From: Macrostomum hystrix
Lineage: Eukaryota; Animalia; Platyhelminthes
Length of the DNA stretch: 64,000 bases
Reading direction: 5' to 3'
NCBI GenBank assembly: GCA_950097015.1
Contig: CATNEN010000038.1
Span: forward strand, 20,088,001-20,152,000
Made by a program: the position numbers and the translations under genes. A model generated the notes under the pieces. It was not told the origin of the DNA. It saw only the letters and a list, made by a program, of their open reading frames with translations, and searched no databases. Positions 21,501-33,870 of the stretch are shown here, piece after piece; positions within the stretch are counted from its first letter, which is position 1, and each line of letters starts with the position of its first letter.

Positions 21501-24500
21501 GGCTCTGAATACCGAATCTCAGTCACTGAATACCGAATCTCAGTCACTGAATACCGAATCTCAGGTTCTGAATAGCGAATCTCTGTCTCTGAATACCGAA
21601 TCTCAGTCACTGAATACCGAATCTCAGGCTCTGAATACCGAATCTCAGGCTCTGAATACCGAATCTCTGGCACTGAATACCGAATCTCAGGCACTGAATA
21701 CCGAATCTCAGGCTCTGAATACCGAATCTCAGGCTCTGAATACCGAATCTCAGGCTCTGAATACCGAATCTCAGGCACTGAATACCGAATCTCAGGCACT
21801 GAATACCGAATCTCAGGCTCTGAATACCGAATCTCTGGCTCTGAATACCGAATCTCAGGCACTGAATACCGAACCTCAGGCACTGAATACCGAATCTCAG
21901 GCTCTGAATACCGAATCTCAGGCTCTGAATACCGAATCTCTGGCTCTGAATACGGAATCTCAGACACTGAATACCGAATCTCAGGCTCTGAATACCGAAT
22001 CTCAGGCTCTGAATACCGAATCTCTGGCTCTGAATACCGAATCTCAGGCACTGAATACCGAATCTCAGGCACTGAATACCGAATCTCAGGCACTGAATAC
22101 CGAATCTCTGGCACTGAATACCGAATCTCTGGCTCTGAATACCGAATCTCTGGCTCTGAATACCGAATCTCTGGCTCTGAATACCGAATCTCAGGCACTG
22201 AATACCGAATCTCAGGCACTGAATACCGAATCTCTGGCTCTGAATACCGAATTCGAGGCTCTGAATACGCTAGATCCTAGCCTCCAAATGAAGCACGGGT
22301 TTTACGCACGCCTTTCTATCCATATCCAACGAGAGTCGTTTAATAGGCAAATTGGTTAACTGATCAGTGCCACTGGCTGTTAGCAAGCGCAGGTTCGGGC
22401 TAGTCAGTGGCGCTGCTAGCGCCGATGGCGCTGAAGCAGCAAGATCGACTCCGGTGCCAGATTGATGATCTGTAGAGCTCAGTCGACTCAAACGGCGCAA
22501 AGTCACACCGCCCGGATCCCACCTGGCGTAATTTCTGTCGGCGCCTTTCTTATTCATGCTGTAGTGAGACATTGCTCGATTTATTTAGGAAAAACTCGCT
22601 TTAACTAACTATCCGATAGTTGACTCAGGTAGCTAAGCTAAGGTAAATGGCTAGAAAATTGAAACAAGTTAACACTGCCCACTGCCTAAAATAGAGCCCA
22701 CGCCAGAGATAAGAAATATAAAGCAGGCCTGCGATTGGAGAGTGGAGGCCGATTGGAAAGAGCTCATATTTGTGGCTTATGAGGCAGCGAAATTTCCGAG
22801 TATAGAAAAAAGGGAACAGACTGTATCGAATATCTCGTGCATACACGTAGAATAAGTAATGTGCGAAACGAACTTTATAAATAACTAGCCTCTGCACTAT
22901 CCCCAGATACAACTCACACGTAAAAGTAATTAGCCATTTTAGTTACTATGAATGTTAATAGCTTTTTCTTAACATAAATCAATTAGTGTTTTATAAGTTT
23001 CTCAAAAAACCACACGTTTGTCGAAGAAATATCTAACTTTTTAGATTTAGACTTTTATCGATATGCTACATTGCCGATTCGCTACAGTAACGCTTTACTA
23101 AATTAACGATATGCTACGTTGCCCATTCGCTACAGTAACGCTTTACTAAATTAACTATTTGCTACATTACCCATTCGCTACAGTAACGCTTTACTAAATT
23201 AACGATATGCTACGTTGTCGATTCGCTACAGTAACGCTTTACTAAATTAACGATGTGCTACATTATCCATTCGCTACAGTAACGCTTTACTAAATTAACG
23301 ATTTGCTATTCGCTTCAATAACATGCTAATTAAACGATTTGCTACATTACCTATTATTATTAATCACGCTTTGCTAATTTAATGATTTGATATATTACCC
23401 CTTTGTTACATAAACAAAGCTGTTTAATTTTGGTTATGTATGTCAGATTGCAAATCATGCAATTTTTTTAAAGACAGTCATGCAAATAACAAGCTATAAG
23501 CTGTACTATCGAAAGCAACTATGAACTCTTTGTTAAAAAGAATCTGTTATTCTACAAAAAAACTCGGCAACTTAAAACAAACGTTTTCAAAACAGTCTTC
23601 AAAAAACAGCCTACAGAAAATCCTGTTCGGTGTCTGGCGAGTCGTCAATAAAGATTGGCTCAAGATTTGGCAAATTATTCTTGCCAAAGTCTCTAATGTG
23701 AGTTTGCCTCTCGTCGTATCTGAATGGAAGGCCCAGCCATGAGTATGCTTTGTTGAATCGAATAACGAGCTAGATACGAAATGCAATAATTTAGCCTGCT
23801 ATGTGAGCCCGATTCACGATTTCGAACAAAATTAACTAGCTAGAGTAACTGCCCTTGCCGATTCATACGTGCCTCTCTCTTCTATTAACTATTTATCATC
23901 TCTACTCCATCTTATCTCACCTTGGTCTCATCTATAGCCTGCCTCATCTTTAACCTGACTCATCTCTACCAAGTCTGATTCCTATTATGTCTTATCTCTA
24001 TCCTGTCCCATCTCTATCCTGTCTCATCTCTACTGTGTCCATCTCTACCGCGTTTAACTAATCTCAACTGTGTCTCATCCTTCCGATTCTCATCACTACC
24101 GTGTCTCATCACTACCGTGTCTCATCACCACCGTGTCTCACCACTAACCGTGTCTCATCACTAACCGTGTCTCATCACTAACCGTGTCTCATCACTACCG
24201 TGTCTCATCAATACCGTGTCTCATCAATACCGTGTGTCATCACCACCGTGTCTCATCCATACCGTGTCTCATCACTAACCGTGTCTCATCACTAACCGTG
24301 TCTCATCAATACCGTGTCTCATCACTACCGTGTCTCATCACTACCGTGTCTCATCAATACCGTGTCTCATCACTACCGTGTCTCACCACTAACCGTGTCT
24401 CATCACTACCGTGTCTCATCACTAACCGTGTCTAATCACTACCGTGTCTCATCACTAACCGTGTCTCATCACTACCGTGTCTCATCAATACCGTGTCTCA

Positions 24501-27500
24501 TCACTACCGTGTCTCATCACTAACCGTGTCTCATCACTACCGTGTCTCATCAATACCGTGTCTCATCACTACCGTGTCTCATCACTAACCGTGTCTCATC
24601 ACTACCGTGTCTCATCACTACCGTGTCTCATCACTACCGTGTCTCATCAATACCGTGTCTCATCACCACCGTGTCTCATCACTAACCGTGTCTCATCACT
24701 AACCGTGTCTCATCACTAACCGTGTCTCATCAATACCGTGTCTCATCACTACCGTGTCTCATCACTAACCGTGTCTCATCACTACCGTGTCTCATCACTA
24801 CCGTGTCTCATCTCTACCCTGTCTATTCGCTCATCCATCGTATTGTCACAAAAGTTTAGCGAAATCTTTAATAACAATAGAGACTGCTCGACAGGGAATA
24901 TTTTAGTCGCCGAATCGAAGCTGCAGCATTGAGTCAAACGAGCCTTTTTAAGGCCTTGTGTAACAATCAATATATAGATTAGTTCAACACAACAACAAAG
25001 ACTAGACAATACGCAATATTAAAAAATAGCTAAATATTTAATAAAAGCCACATAAGATTGAGCTATATAGAATATATAGTTACAACAAGTGCACCCTGCC
25101 TACTTAAAGTAGGATACCTAAAATACAACATCAAATGTATAAAAATATCGTAAAATAAATTCAAACTTACTCTCGAACGCGCTGCGGAATAGGCATCTGG
25201 TCTAGGAACAGGTGCTGAGATTTCAGCTCTGACAGGTAGTTCACGTAGGCCAGTTTGCGACCGAATTTGACACTTTAATTGGGTTAATGAGTACATATGG
25301 CTCTACATATGAGTACATATTTTCCTCGCTCTGAGAATCGAACTCCCGACCTCCAGGTCCCAAGTCCGAAGCTTAAATATGAATGACCAATGACCAAGAC
25401 CGAAGCAAATGTTACTCAAAACTTACCTAAGCAGCGGTCTAAACAGAAAGTACAACGCCTTAATCAGCTTAGTAGGATGCACAATTAAAAATGCTTTGAG
25501 ATTCTTCTTATATTTGCGATCGAACTCATTGTAGGCCTGTTTTAGCCAGGCGAAGCTCGGCTTGTTCTTGCTATTCAGGCCGTGATGAAAGTACACTAGC
25601 ACGTAGTCATTTTCAACGTACTGATTCAGCGTATTGATGATGTACTTTAACAGGCGCTGATGATCCAGTGTATCCGAAGGCGGCAGTCGGCAAGCGCTAA
25701 AAATGATCACTTTCCGGCCAAGCCGATCGTCGCCAACCACCTGTAGGATGCCCAACTGGCTGATGTCTTTAAACTCGGTGTCTACCAGATCCTGAGGGTC
25801 CGGGGGAGTCGGCGGGGAGAGATCGGATTTTACACATTTGAGGAAGAGGAATTTTCAGGAAATCGAACTGTTCCTGCACATATCTTCGTTTCTTAGAAAC
25901 GAAATATACTGTTACCAGGTTACCAGGTTACCAGTCTAGATTTCCTAGAAACTACAGCCACTGCCATTAAGGTTACCAGTCTAGATTTCCTAGAAACTAC
26001 AGTAACTGTCATTAAGGTTACCAGACTAGATTTCCTAGAAACTACAGCCACTGCCATTAAGGTTACCAGTCTAGATTTCCTAGAAACTACAGCCACTGCC
26101 ATTAAGGTTACCAGTCTAGATTTCCTAGAAACTACAGTCACTGTCATTAAGGTTACCAGTCTAGATTTCCTAGAAACTACAGCCACTGCCATTACCGTTA
26201 CCTGTCAAGATTTCCTAGAAACTTCAGCCACTGCCATTACCGTTACCTGTCAAGATTTCCTAGAAACTTCAGCCACTGCCATTACGTTACCTGTCAAGAT
26301 ATCCTAGAAACTACAGTCACTGTCATTAAGGTTACCAGACTAGATTTCCTAGAAACTACAGCCACTGCCATTACCGTTACCTGTCAAGATTTCCTAGAAA
26401 CTACAGCCACTGCCATTACCGTTACCTGTCAAGATTTCCTAGAAACTTCAGCCACTGCCATTACCGTTACCTGTCAAGATTTCCTAGAAACTTCAGCCAC
26501 TGCCATTACCGTTACCTGTCAAGATTTCCTAGAAACTTTATTATGTTAATAAGGTTACCATTCAAATTATTTTAAAAGATAAACAGTTAACTGACACACT
26601 TTGCTAAAGAACGTAAAATAATTACTTACTTGGAAACGATGCCCAGTCTATTAGATAACTTTTTTAAATTCACACAACTTTGTAAATAAATTGTAAATAA
26701 CTTTGAGAATCACCTGAGTATTAACTTCTGTTGCAGGTGAACCCAAAGTATCCTCAAAGTCTTCATCTATATAGCCTTCGGGTGTGATGCGACCACCAGC
26801 TGCTGCTGCTGCTTCTACTGTTGCCATGTAGTTTTCATCGCATAGATCCTCTGATAGAAAATTATTGATTGATCAACAAAAATTAAGATTCTCAGCGATT
26901 CAAAAAAGAGATAATTGAAATATATATATTGCAGCAATAATTGCAGCAATAATCTTAAAAATCAATATTTAATTAGATTTCTGATTATAGCTATAGCTAT
27001 GTCAATTAAATAATAAATGTCACATTTATAATAGACAACGGTAATACATTTGCCTGATTTTATACCTTCAACTGTGATTGCAACCTCAGGGTTGTCTCAT
27101 TGTCTGGAAAAAATTAGTCAATTAAAAAAATTTGCTACAACTTTCTAAACAACAGTTCTGTACATACTGCACAACTGAAACTTTCTGTGTTCATCAATCT
27201 GTTAAGTGAAAGAAAACATAAAAGTGTTAATTGCTTAAACTAAAAAGCGCAATTTAGAGAAAAAATATGACCTAATACCAATGAAGCGATGGTCGGTGCC
27301 AAGTGTACTTTTAGTGCAGTAGCTTTCGCAAGGATCGCAACAAAGCTTTGAGAAAAAACTGCTTTGAATATTTCTAGGAATTTCAAAAGTGCAAAATTAA
27401 ACAAGCATATTAGTTTGCATTATTGACAGCATAAAAATGTTAGTGCCCACTGCCCACCAATTTCAATTGCCAAGCGACAGCGAGGCCAGAGAGCCGACCT

Positions 27501-30500
27501 CGGAGCATAAAAACCCCCGTTACGCAGCCCACCCCAAACACCGGGGGTGGGGGGAAGCCGCGGGGGGGGGGCAGGGGTGGGCAGCGTACACAAACGCCAG
27601 TTAGCGCAGCCCGCGCAAACTAGTCATACTACTTAATCTCACCATCATAGTAGTCATAAAAGTCCAAAGCTAGTTTGAAAAGGAGAAGAAATAAAATATG
27701 TTTCATACATAGAAACAATTTTAAGGGATGCTAATTGTTTCACTCGGAACTTTTGAGTCGTGAGTCGTATGTTTCACTCTTAGCAACTAGGCTATGGTAG
27801 GGCAACAATACAATAAGGAAGAGGTATGTAGAGCAGAATGTAAGTAGGACAAAATATATTTGTATTAATAAATTAATATAGTTAGTGACAGTGCATGACT
27901 CGTCTAGCAAAACTAAAACTAAATAAGTACGCATGTATAAAATCGCTATATGAAATAACTCAACACTCAAAAAACACTTTATTAGTACAATAAACATAAT
28001 TGACAGTTAGTAAGTAGACGGGAACACCAATCGGAACTATATGTATTGAAAAAAACAAATCACAAAAATGTGTAAATCAAATTTACTCGTAAATGTTCAA
28101 TGCAGATAGTTCTAGATCAGGGGTAGGCAAACTTATTTGCTGGCGGGCCAAAGAGAAAACCTAAAAGACGACAGCGGGCCGCATTGACTGTATAAATATG
28201 AGATCGGGGAGAGATGAGACACGGGAGAGATGAGACATGGGAGAGATGAGACACGCGAGAGATGAGAAACGGGAGAGATGAGACACAGGAGAGATGAGAA
28301 ACGGGAGAGATGAGACACAGGAGAGATGAGACACGGGAGAGATGAGAAACGGGAGAGATGAGACACGGGAGAGATGAGACACGGGAGAGATTAGACACGG
28401 GATAGATTAGACACGGGAGAGATGAGACACGGGAGAGATTAGACACGGGAGAGATGAAACAGGACACTGTAGATGTCAGAAGGGGCAACGGGTCGGATTT
28501 GGGAGCTTCGAGGGCCGCATCTGGCCCGCGGGCCGGAGTTTGCCGACCCCTGTTCTAGATTATTATGCAAATCACTTAGCCTTTTAATATCCTATAAAAC
28601 AAATTGGTTGTACTGACAACACTTTTAATAATATAAAATGCTGTACACAATTTCATGTACAGCAATAAATATGAACAAGGAACATACTTAACACAGCTAG
28701 ATCACTACTAACTTGGCACAGAATATTCTAAATGTATATCCTTAAGCAAGATAACTTTTTTTTCAGTTACCAAAACATTAGTGTGGCCCGGATTGGCCCC
28801 ACCCCGACATAGTCTATGGCCTAAGCAGGTGTGTAGTGTTACGCAGCTTCTGGACAGCGAATATCCCACCGACCTGACACAACTGAAGCTAGATGCCTAC
28901 ACTTTATTATTACAGCATTATTACTACACTGCATTTTCATTTCATGCAGAGCAAACATTTATGCATATAATTTTACATTCATTATTAATGTTTATCGATT
29001 TTGTATCAACTAATAGTTCTTTGTCAGTCTTACCATTATTAGTTGGCTTTTTTGATTGGGCTGAAAACAACAGCATGAAAGAAATGCATTTTTGTCCATA
29101 TTTATACTTACGAAAAGTGTAAATAAGCAAATTAGATTACGTATTGCACAATTGAAAAAACTGTAGTTTACACCCGAGATCTGAATACAAACACAGATCA
29201 ACTGATCTACAGTTGATCTACTGCTGATCTACAGTTGTTCAACAGTATATCTACAGTTGATCTACCGCTGATCTACAGATGATCTACAGTTGTTCAACAG
29301 TATATCTACAGTTGATCTACCGCTGATCTACAGTTGATCTACTGCTGATCTACAGATGATCAACAGTATATCTACAGATGATCTACAGATGATCTACAGT
29401 TGATCTACTGCTGATCTACAGATGATCAACAGTACGCTCGTATATCTACAGATGATCTACAGATGATCTACAGATGATCTACAGTTGATCTACAGTATAT
29501 CTACAGATGATCTACAGTTGATCAACAGTATATCTACAGATTATCTACAGTTGATCTACTCTTGATTAACAGCTGATCTACAGCTGATCTACAGTACATC
29601 TACAGATGATCCACAGCCTATCTACAGTTGATCTACAGCTGATTAACAGTTGGTCAACAGTTGATCTACAGCTGATCTAAAGTTGTTCTACAGCTGATCC
29701 ACAGCTGATCCACAGTTGATCTACAGCTGATCCACAGTTGATCTACAGTTGGTCTACAGCTGATCTACAGTTGGTCTACAGCTGATTAACAGCTGAACCA
29801 TTGTATAATGATATTATTATTTTGATTTTAAGGTAGGTGTGCTATATAAAAACACAGTAAATAGCGTTTCTTTGGCAGTCAAACAAATAAATTTATTACA
29901 CATAGTAAATTACCATCATTCTCGGTCAGTTCAAGTCCAGACTCGTCGAATTCCAATTCGGGTTCAGTAAAATCGCCGTCAGCATCACCAAAAGCATTAT
30001 TGTTGCTGCCTATTGTGCCACCAGATTCCGAGTGCTGCTGCTGATGCTGCTCTGTAGGATCAAATTATGAGTGCGCTCAATTCAAGCAGTATTACATCCT
30101 GCGCATTAAGTGGGTTAGTTACCCAATCCTGCGTATCAAGTGGGTTAGTTACCACATTCTGCGTATCAAGTGGGTTAGTTACCCCATCCTGTGTATCAAG
30201 TGGGTTAGTTACCCCATCCTGTCTATCAAGTGGGTTAGTTACCCCATCCTGTCTATCAAGTGGGTTAGTTACCCCATCCTGTCTATCAATTCGGTTAGTT
30301 ACCCCATCCTGTCTATCAAGTGGGTTAGTTAACCCATCCTGTCTATCAAGTGGGTTAGTTACCCAATCCTGTCTATCAAGTGGGTTAGTTACCCCATCCT
30401 GTCTATCAAGTGGGTTAGTTACCCCTTCCTGTCTATCAAGTGGGTTAGTTACCCCATCCTGTCTATCAAGTGGGTTAGTTACCCCATCCTGTCTATCAAG

Positions 30501-30907
30501 TGGGTTAGTTACCCCATCCTGTTCATCAAGTGGGTTAGTTACCCCATCCTGTCCATCAAGTGGGTTAGTTACCCCATCCTGTCTATCAAGTGGGTTAGTT
30601 ACCCCTTCCTGTCTATCAAGTGGGTTAGTTACCCCATCCTGTCTATCAAGTGGGTTAGTTACCCCATCCTGTCTATCAAGTGGGTTAGTTACCCCATCCT
30701 GTCTATCAAGTGGGTTAGTTACCCCATCCTGTCTATCAAGTGGGTTAGTTACCCCATCCTGTCTATCAAGTGGGTTAGTTACCCCATCCTGTCTATCAAG
30801 TGGGTTAGTTACCCCATCCTGTCTATCAAGTGGGTTAGTTACCCCATCCTGTCTATCAAGTGGGTTAGTTACCCCATCCAGAGAAAATTAAACTTACGAC
30901 TAGACAT
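9569..30907 (-). CDS. ARHGAP1: Rho GTPase-activating protein 1/8-like (p50RhoGAP / RhoGAP68F; BCH/CRAL-TRIO + RhoGAP), 487 aa as spliced
   Basis: Exons 30898-30907, 29914-30051, 26714-26850, 25427-25791, 25171-25272, 20873-21028, 19229-19380, 17054-17289, 9569-9736, all GT-AG and phase-consistent. Motifs [65 protein letters not shown], arginine finger [37 protein letters not shown]. Confidence 0.95.
9985..10218 (+). ncRNA. HDV-like (CPEB3-type) self-cleaving ribozyme at the LINE 5' end
   Basis: P1 GCTCGC 9985-9990 / GCGAGT 10169-10174 (G1-U wobble); P2 CCCAT 10151-10155 / ATGGG 10207-10211; P3 GGG 10156-10158 / CCC 10166-10168; L3 TACACGT; P1.1 AC/GT (10160-10161 with 10175-10176); P4 10177-10202; catalytic C 10203 in a CAGA junction. 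Confidence 0.88.
10654..12201 (+). CDS. LINE ORF1 (gag-like nucleic-acid-binding protein, LOA/DUF4780-like core)
   Basis: Uninterrupted ORF from ATG 10654; disordered Ala/Pro/Gly-rich ends around a globular core beginning TYAAIARR...[14 protein letters not shown]. Confidence 0.85.
   Translation: MASSPSTAPAEDTMVPEAIHAAAPGLAGPATATNAALPNSRDDRGAKRSTTSGAAKRRRRMLAHGTSAPLTKDQAQARGAEGALPRAGAGAGGLVPPAQAPARGGAHDAPRPGSRAKEGPAPIRTAARPEGEAEAEGPVPTADADPEGGDATGQGPGPQATYAAIARRQPAVIITGRDGKRLSSEQLSDICRNIDAMLWQLQLKGEPLAVGASATRESCFVVWPGDAESGRRLLELLPTQSWAAGLEFLRENEPPKTKRHRIFVPAKSVVTSAEDLRRGLIAMNRELPTAGLIVHRTILRPDGTGFTAILGLSEQWTRRYPDGANICIGLWKTKIFAFEADKTRGQTGPTTVPANEGSSDPKAGTGGRAQSSRQKRPERAIAGGSERRPARVTKRRGLLQRASEVVRTAKMAQLRAEMRGGPPGQAPQPRATGEASEVPSSIEQGPSSAPPTAQGAVSAPVEGDSGPGLGAGGGDWAADAVEFPSPARGLGTEEPMATDIDPEEEDRLLAGSPSK
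12214..15918 (+). CDS. LINE ORF2: AP endonuclease, reverse transcriptase, RNase H, C-terminal zinc knuckle (1234 aa)
   Basis: APE motifs VQEPW, GDVN, SDH; RT motifs [32 protein letters not shown]; RNase [39 protein letters not shown]; CPFC-x8-H-x4-C. Confidence 0.97.
16070..16925. repeat. ~20-bp G-rich minisatellite
   Basis: Unit GGAGTCAGTGTCTACGGGGT and variants; degenerate copies also lie left of the LINE (9888-9972). Confidence 0.96.
17450..17890. repeat. 58-bp (2 x 29) minisatellite
   Basis: Unit GCAGATAATCCTGAGGATCTGGGAGGATGGAAGATAATCCCTATTATCTGGGATGGTT. Confidence 0.93.
18418..19155. repeat. 18-20-bp minisatellite
   Basis: Unit CAGATCCCACACCATAGACA and variants. Confidence 0.95.
19430..20867. 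repeat. ~36-37-bp purine-rich minisatellite filling RhoGAP intron 19381-20872
   Basis: Unit GAATGGGGAAGAGAACGGAATGGGAGAGAAAGGGGA; begins about 5 nt inside the donor site. Confidence 0.97.
21367..22265. repeat. 21-bp minisatellite
   Basis: Unit CTGAATACCGAATCTCAGGCT, about 42 copies. Confidence 0.97.
22270..22522 (-). CDS. Candidate alternative terminal exon C of RhoGAP ([15 protein letters not shown]...LEARI*)
   Basis: Acceptor CCAG|G TGG GAT in phase 2, matching the donor at 25170; GC-rich, open for 83 codons; AATAAA on the minus strand near 21313-21318. Confidence 0.55.
23059..23400. repeat. 48-bp minisatellite
   Basis: Unit CGATATGCTACGTTGCCCATTCGCTACAGTAACGCTTTACTAAATTAA, about 5 good copies plus decayed ones. 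Confidence 0.92.
23611..23719 (-). CDS. Candidate alternative terminal exon B of RhoGAP ([36 protein letters not shown])
   Basis: Acceptor CCTTCCATTCAG|A TAC GAC GAG, phase 2; first three full codons identical to the constitutive exon (CAG|G TAC GAC GAG). Confidence 0.72.
24085..24815. repeat. 16/17-bp minisatellite (GTCTCATC core)
   Basis: Unit CCGTGTCTCATCACTA(A); decayed copies extend left to about 23900. Confidence 0.96.
24782..24920 (-). CDS. Candidate alternative terminal exon A of RhoGAP ([16 protein letters not shown]...)
   Basis: Acceptor TGCTGCAG|C TTC GAT in phase 2; open for 45 codons, stop lies inside the adjacent minisatellite; weak pyrimidine tract. Confidence 0.4.
25915..26540. 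repeat. 45-bp minisatellite, two sub-types
   Basis: GGTTACCAGTCTAGATTTCCTAGAAACTACAGCCACTGCCATTAA, grading into a CCGTTACCTGTCAAGATTTCC variant. Confidence 0.94.
27270..27623 (+). mobile_element. Possible non-autonomous Helitron-like element (3' end)
   Basis: GC island with G-runs ending in a short hairpin GCGC-AGCCC-GCGC then CTAG|T at 27620-27624; 5' boundary uncertain. Confidence 0.35.
28118..28552 (+). mobile_element. hAT/Charlie-type MITE containing a 17-bp minisatellite
   Basis: TIR CAGGGGTAGGCAAACT / AGTTTGCCGACCCCTG; perfect 8-bp TSD TTCTAGAT (28110-28117, 28553-28560, NTCTAGAN pattern); subterminal GGCCCGCGGGCC; internal GGGAGAGATGAGACAC array 28200-28465. Confidence 0.93.
29200..29800. 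repeat. 11-bp minisatellite
   Basis: Unit GATCTACAGTT/GAT/GCT variants. Confidence 0.92.
30095..30880. repeat. 30-bp minisatellite filling RhoGAP intron 30052-30897
   Basis: Unit ACCCCATCCTGTCTATCAAGTGGGTTAGTT, about 26 copies. Confidence 0.97.
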
Positions 30908-31609
30908 CTTCAATTAGATATTGGATCGCAGAGTGCTCCTAGATCATGGACTATTGTTAAGCTGATAGGATGTGTGGTTTTAAGCAGCAGTTAATCTGTG
31001 ACAGCAATTAAGCAAATTTAGCTCCGGCTTATAACTGGTCGGTCTGTAAGAAAGGTTTAGTTTATATTTAGTTATATTCAATAATGAAAGTCTATCAGAG
31101 TCTCATTGCTGCTATAAGTATGTCGTTTAACAGAAAAAATGCAAACTTGCTAGCGACTATACTTAGCTCGCAATTCCTCATATCAGAGTGTATATCAATT
31201 AAAGTTTTCTAACTAACTTGCCCACTTTAAGACACTTATAAGAGCTGCACTAGAAAAATGTTGAAAGAATGATATAAGGAATCGCGTTTGTATATTAGTA
31301 GAATTATAAACACAGAACCGCAACTTATTTAAGTATTCAGTATAAATGTACTGTAGGGTATGAGGGTTGAGCAAAATGCAACTCTATAGCTAATACAGAC
31401 ACCGTATATACCCATTAATACTGAAATGCTTATGTTTCTTATTCCCTTGAAATAGTATTTTAATGCGCCTTTTTATACATTACTATTTTACGAGGTATCT
31501 TACTACTATTAGTATTGTAGTAGAATCTAATACTTACTTACTTCAAAAACTGAATCTGAATCCTTAATGGCTGATTTACACTAACGGCTTTTTCAAGTGA
31601 TCGAGACGA

Positions 31610-31900
31610 TTGCTCAGGTGATTAAGATTATTACTAGGGTAATTAAAATTATTACTCATGTCATTAAGAGGATTACCTAGGTAATGATTAAGAAGATTAC
31701 TCAGGTGATGATCAAGAAGATTACTCAGGTGATGATCAAGATTACTCTATTGATTAAAATATTACTCAGGTGATAAGATGATTACTAAGTTAATTAAGAT
31801 GATTACTCAGGTGATTAAGCTTTATTACTCAGGTGATTAAGCTTTATTACTCAGGTGATTAAGTTTTATTACTCAGGTGATTAGGATAATTACTGTCAGT
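31610..31900. repeat. Degenerate ~22-bp minisatellite
   Basis: Recurrent TTACTCAGGTGATTAAG. Confidence 0.8.
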
Positions 31901-32989
31901 GCAGCATACTACTCGGATGATAATATCGATTGCTCAGTTGATTATTTACTACCTTAAAAAGTATAAAAACAAAAATAAAATCCAGACTGTAAACAAAAGA
32001 AATTTTGCAAGACAAAAAAATTGTACACAAAGTCAAAAGATTTTCAGTACAATTTACTTACAGAAAAGATATGCGAATATTCAAACAGAAAATGTTGACT
32101 TGAAATTTTTGTTATTAAATGTTAGACAGCTTTAGTCAGGCTACCTGCAAACTGTACAGAGCTTTCAACGTGCTCTGCAAAGGGCGACAAGAAAATGGTG
32201 CACTTTGACGATTAGAAGCTCTTTGTAAACGCACTTATCAAATGTCAGTACAATGCTATTCGTTAATAAAATCATAGACACAGCTGTGAATACAAGTTAA
32301 TTATTTTTATATAACTTTTTTCACGTTTAAAAGCGAGTAGACATCGTCAATTGAAAAGAGAAACTAACAAAAATATGAAATATTGTGTCATATTAAAATA
32401 CAAATACACACTAACCTACTTATTTGCAAGTAGTACAATGTGCATAATGGTCAAAAGTGTAAAATTATACAGAATATCGAAACAATTACTGGCCCTTGAT
32501 GCACTGTCGATTTATTGTCAATATGAATTTTATAAGATTGTATTTAGAGGATATAAAATAGTTTCAAAAAATAAGGCGCCAACAATGGGACGACAATCGC
32601 AGTGGAGACCCCTTTGGTTTTTTAAGTGCAAAAATGATATTTTGTTTATATAGGTTACTTGGCGAATCAACTAAGTTACAACTTTTGTATTAACAAAAGT
32701 TAAATGTATATTAGACATAAGCAATTAGACTTATATTGATTTATTACACATGTACATAGCATAAGCCTCAATAAAATTCTTACACGCACATGTGTATACA
32801 ACTCATTCTACTAAACAAAAAATCGTTATATTTTAGTAGACAGTCAAACTGTTGCTACTTTCAGTAATCTAGCAAGCAGACAATTATAGCGAAAAACTGG
32901 CTAACCATTGTGGCCAAAACAAAGTTAGAATGTCCTAATAATCATTTGTGTTTTTATCTAAACTCTATAACGTCTCTATAATGTTTTAA

Positions 32990-33870
32990 CTCATCTCTGC
33001 TATGTCTTATCTCATCTCGAGCATGTCTCATCTCATCTCGAGCATGTCTCATCTCATCTCTAGCATGTCTCATCTCATCTCTAGCATGTCTCATCTCATC
33101 TCTAGCATGTCTCATCTCATCTCTAGCATGTCTCATCTCATCTCTAGCATGTCTCATCTCATCTCGAGCATGTCTCATCTCATCTCTAGCATGTCTCCTC
33201 TCATCTCTAGCATGTCTCATCTCATCTCTAGCATGTCTCATCTCATCTTTAGCATGTCTCCTCTCATCTCTAGCATGTCTCGTCTCATCTCTAGCATGTC
33301 TCGTCTCATCTCTAGCATGTCTCGTCTCATCTCTAGCATGTCTCATCTCATCTCTAGCATGTCTCATCTTATCTCTAGCATGTCTTATCTCATCTCTAGC
33401 ATGCCTCGTTGGATTTTCCAGCATGTCTCGTCTCATCTCTAGCATGTCTCGTCTCATTTTCCAGCATGTCTCGTCTCATCTCTAGCATGTCTCATCTCAT
33501 CTCTGCCATATCTCGTCTCATCTCTAGCATGTCTCGTCTCACCTCTAGCATGCCTCATCTCATCTCTATCATGTCTTATCTCATCTCTAGCATGCCTCGT
33601 CTCATTTTCCAGCATGTCTCGTCTCATCTCTAGCAGTCTCGTCTCATTTTCCAGCATGTCTCGTCTCATCTCTAGCATGTCTCATCTCATCTCTGCCATA
33701 TCTCGTCTCATCTCTAGCATGTCTCGTCTCACATCTAGCATGCCTCATCTCATCTCTATCATGTCTCATCTCATCTCAAGCATGTCTCACATCATCTCTA
33801 TGATGTCTAATCTTATCTCTACCGTGTCTCCTCCCGATCATCGTGTCCCTACCACAGTACCATATCTCAT
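32990..33870. repeat. 21-bp minisatellite (GTCTCATC core) just downstream of the zinc-finger gene
   Basis: Unit TCTAGCATGTCTCATCTCATC. Confidence 0.95.
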
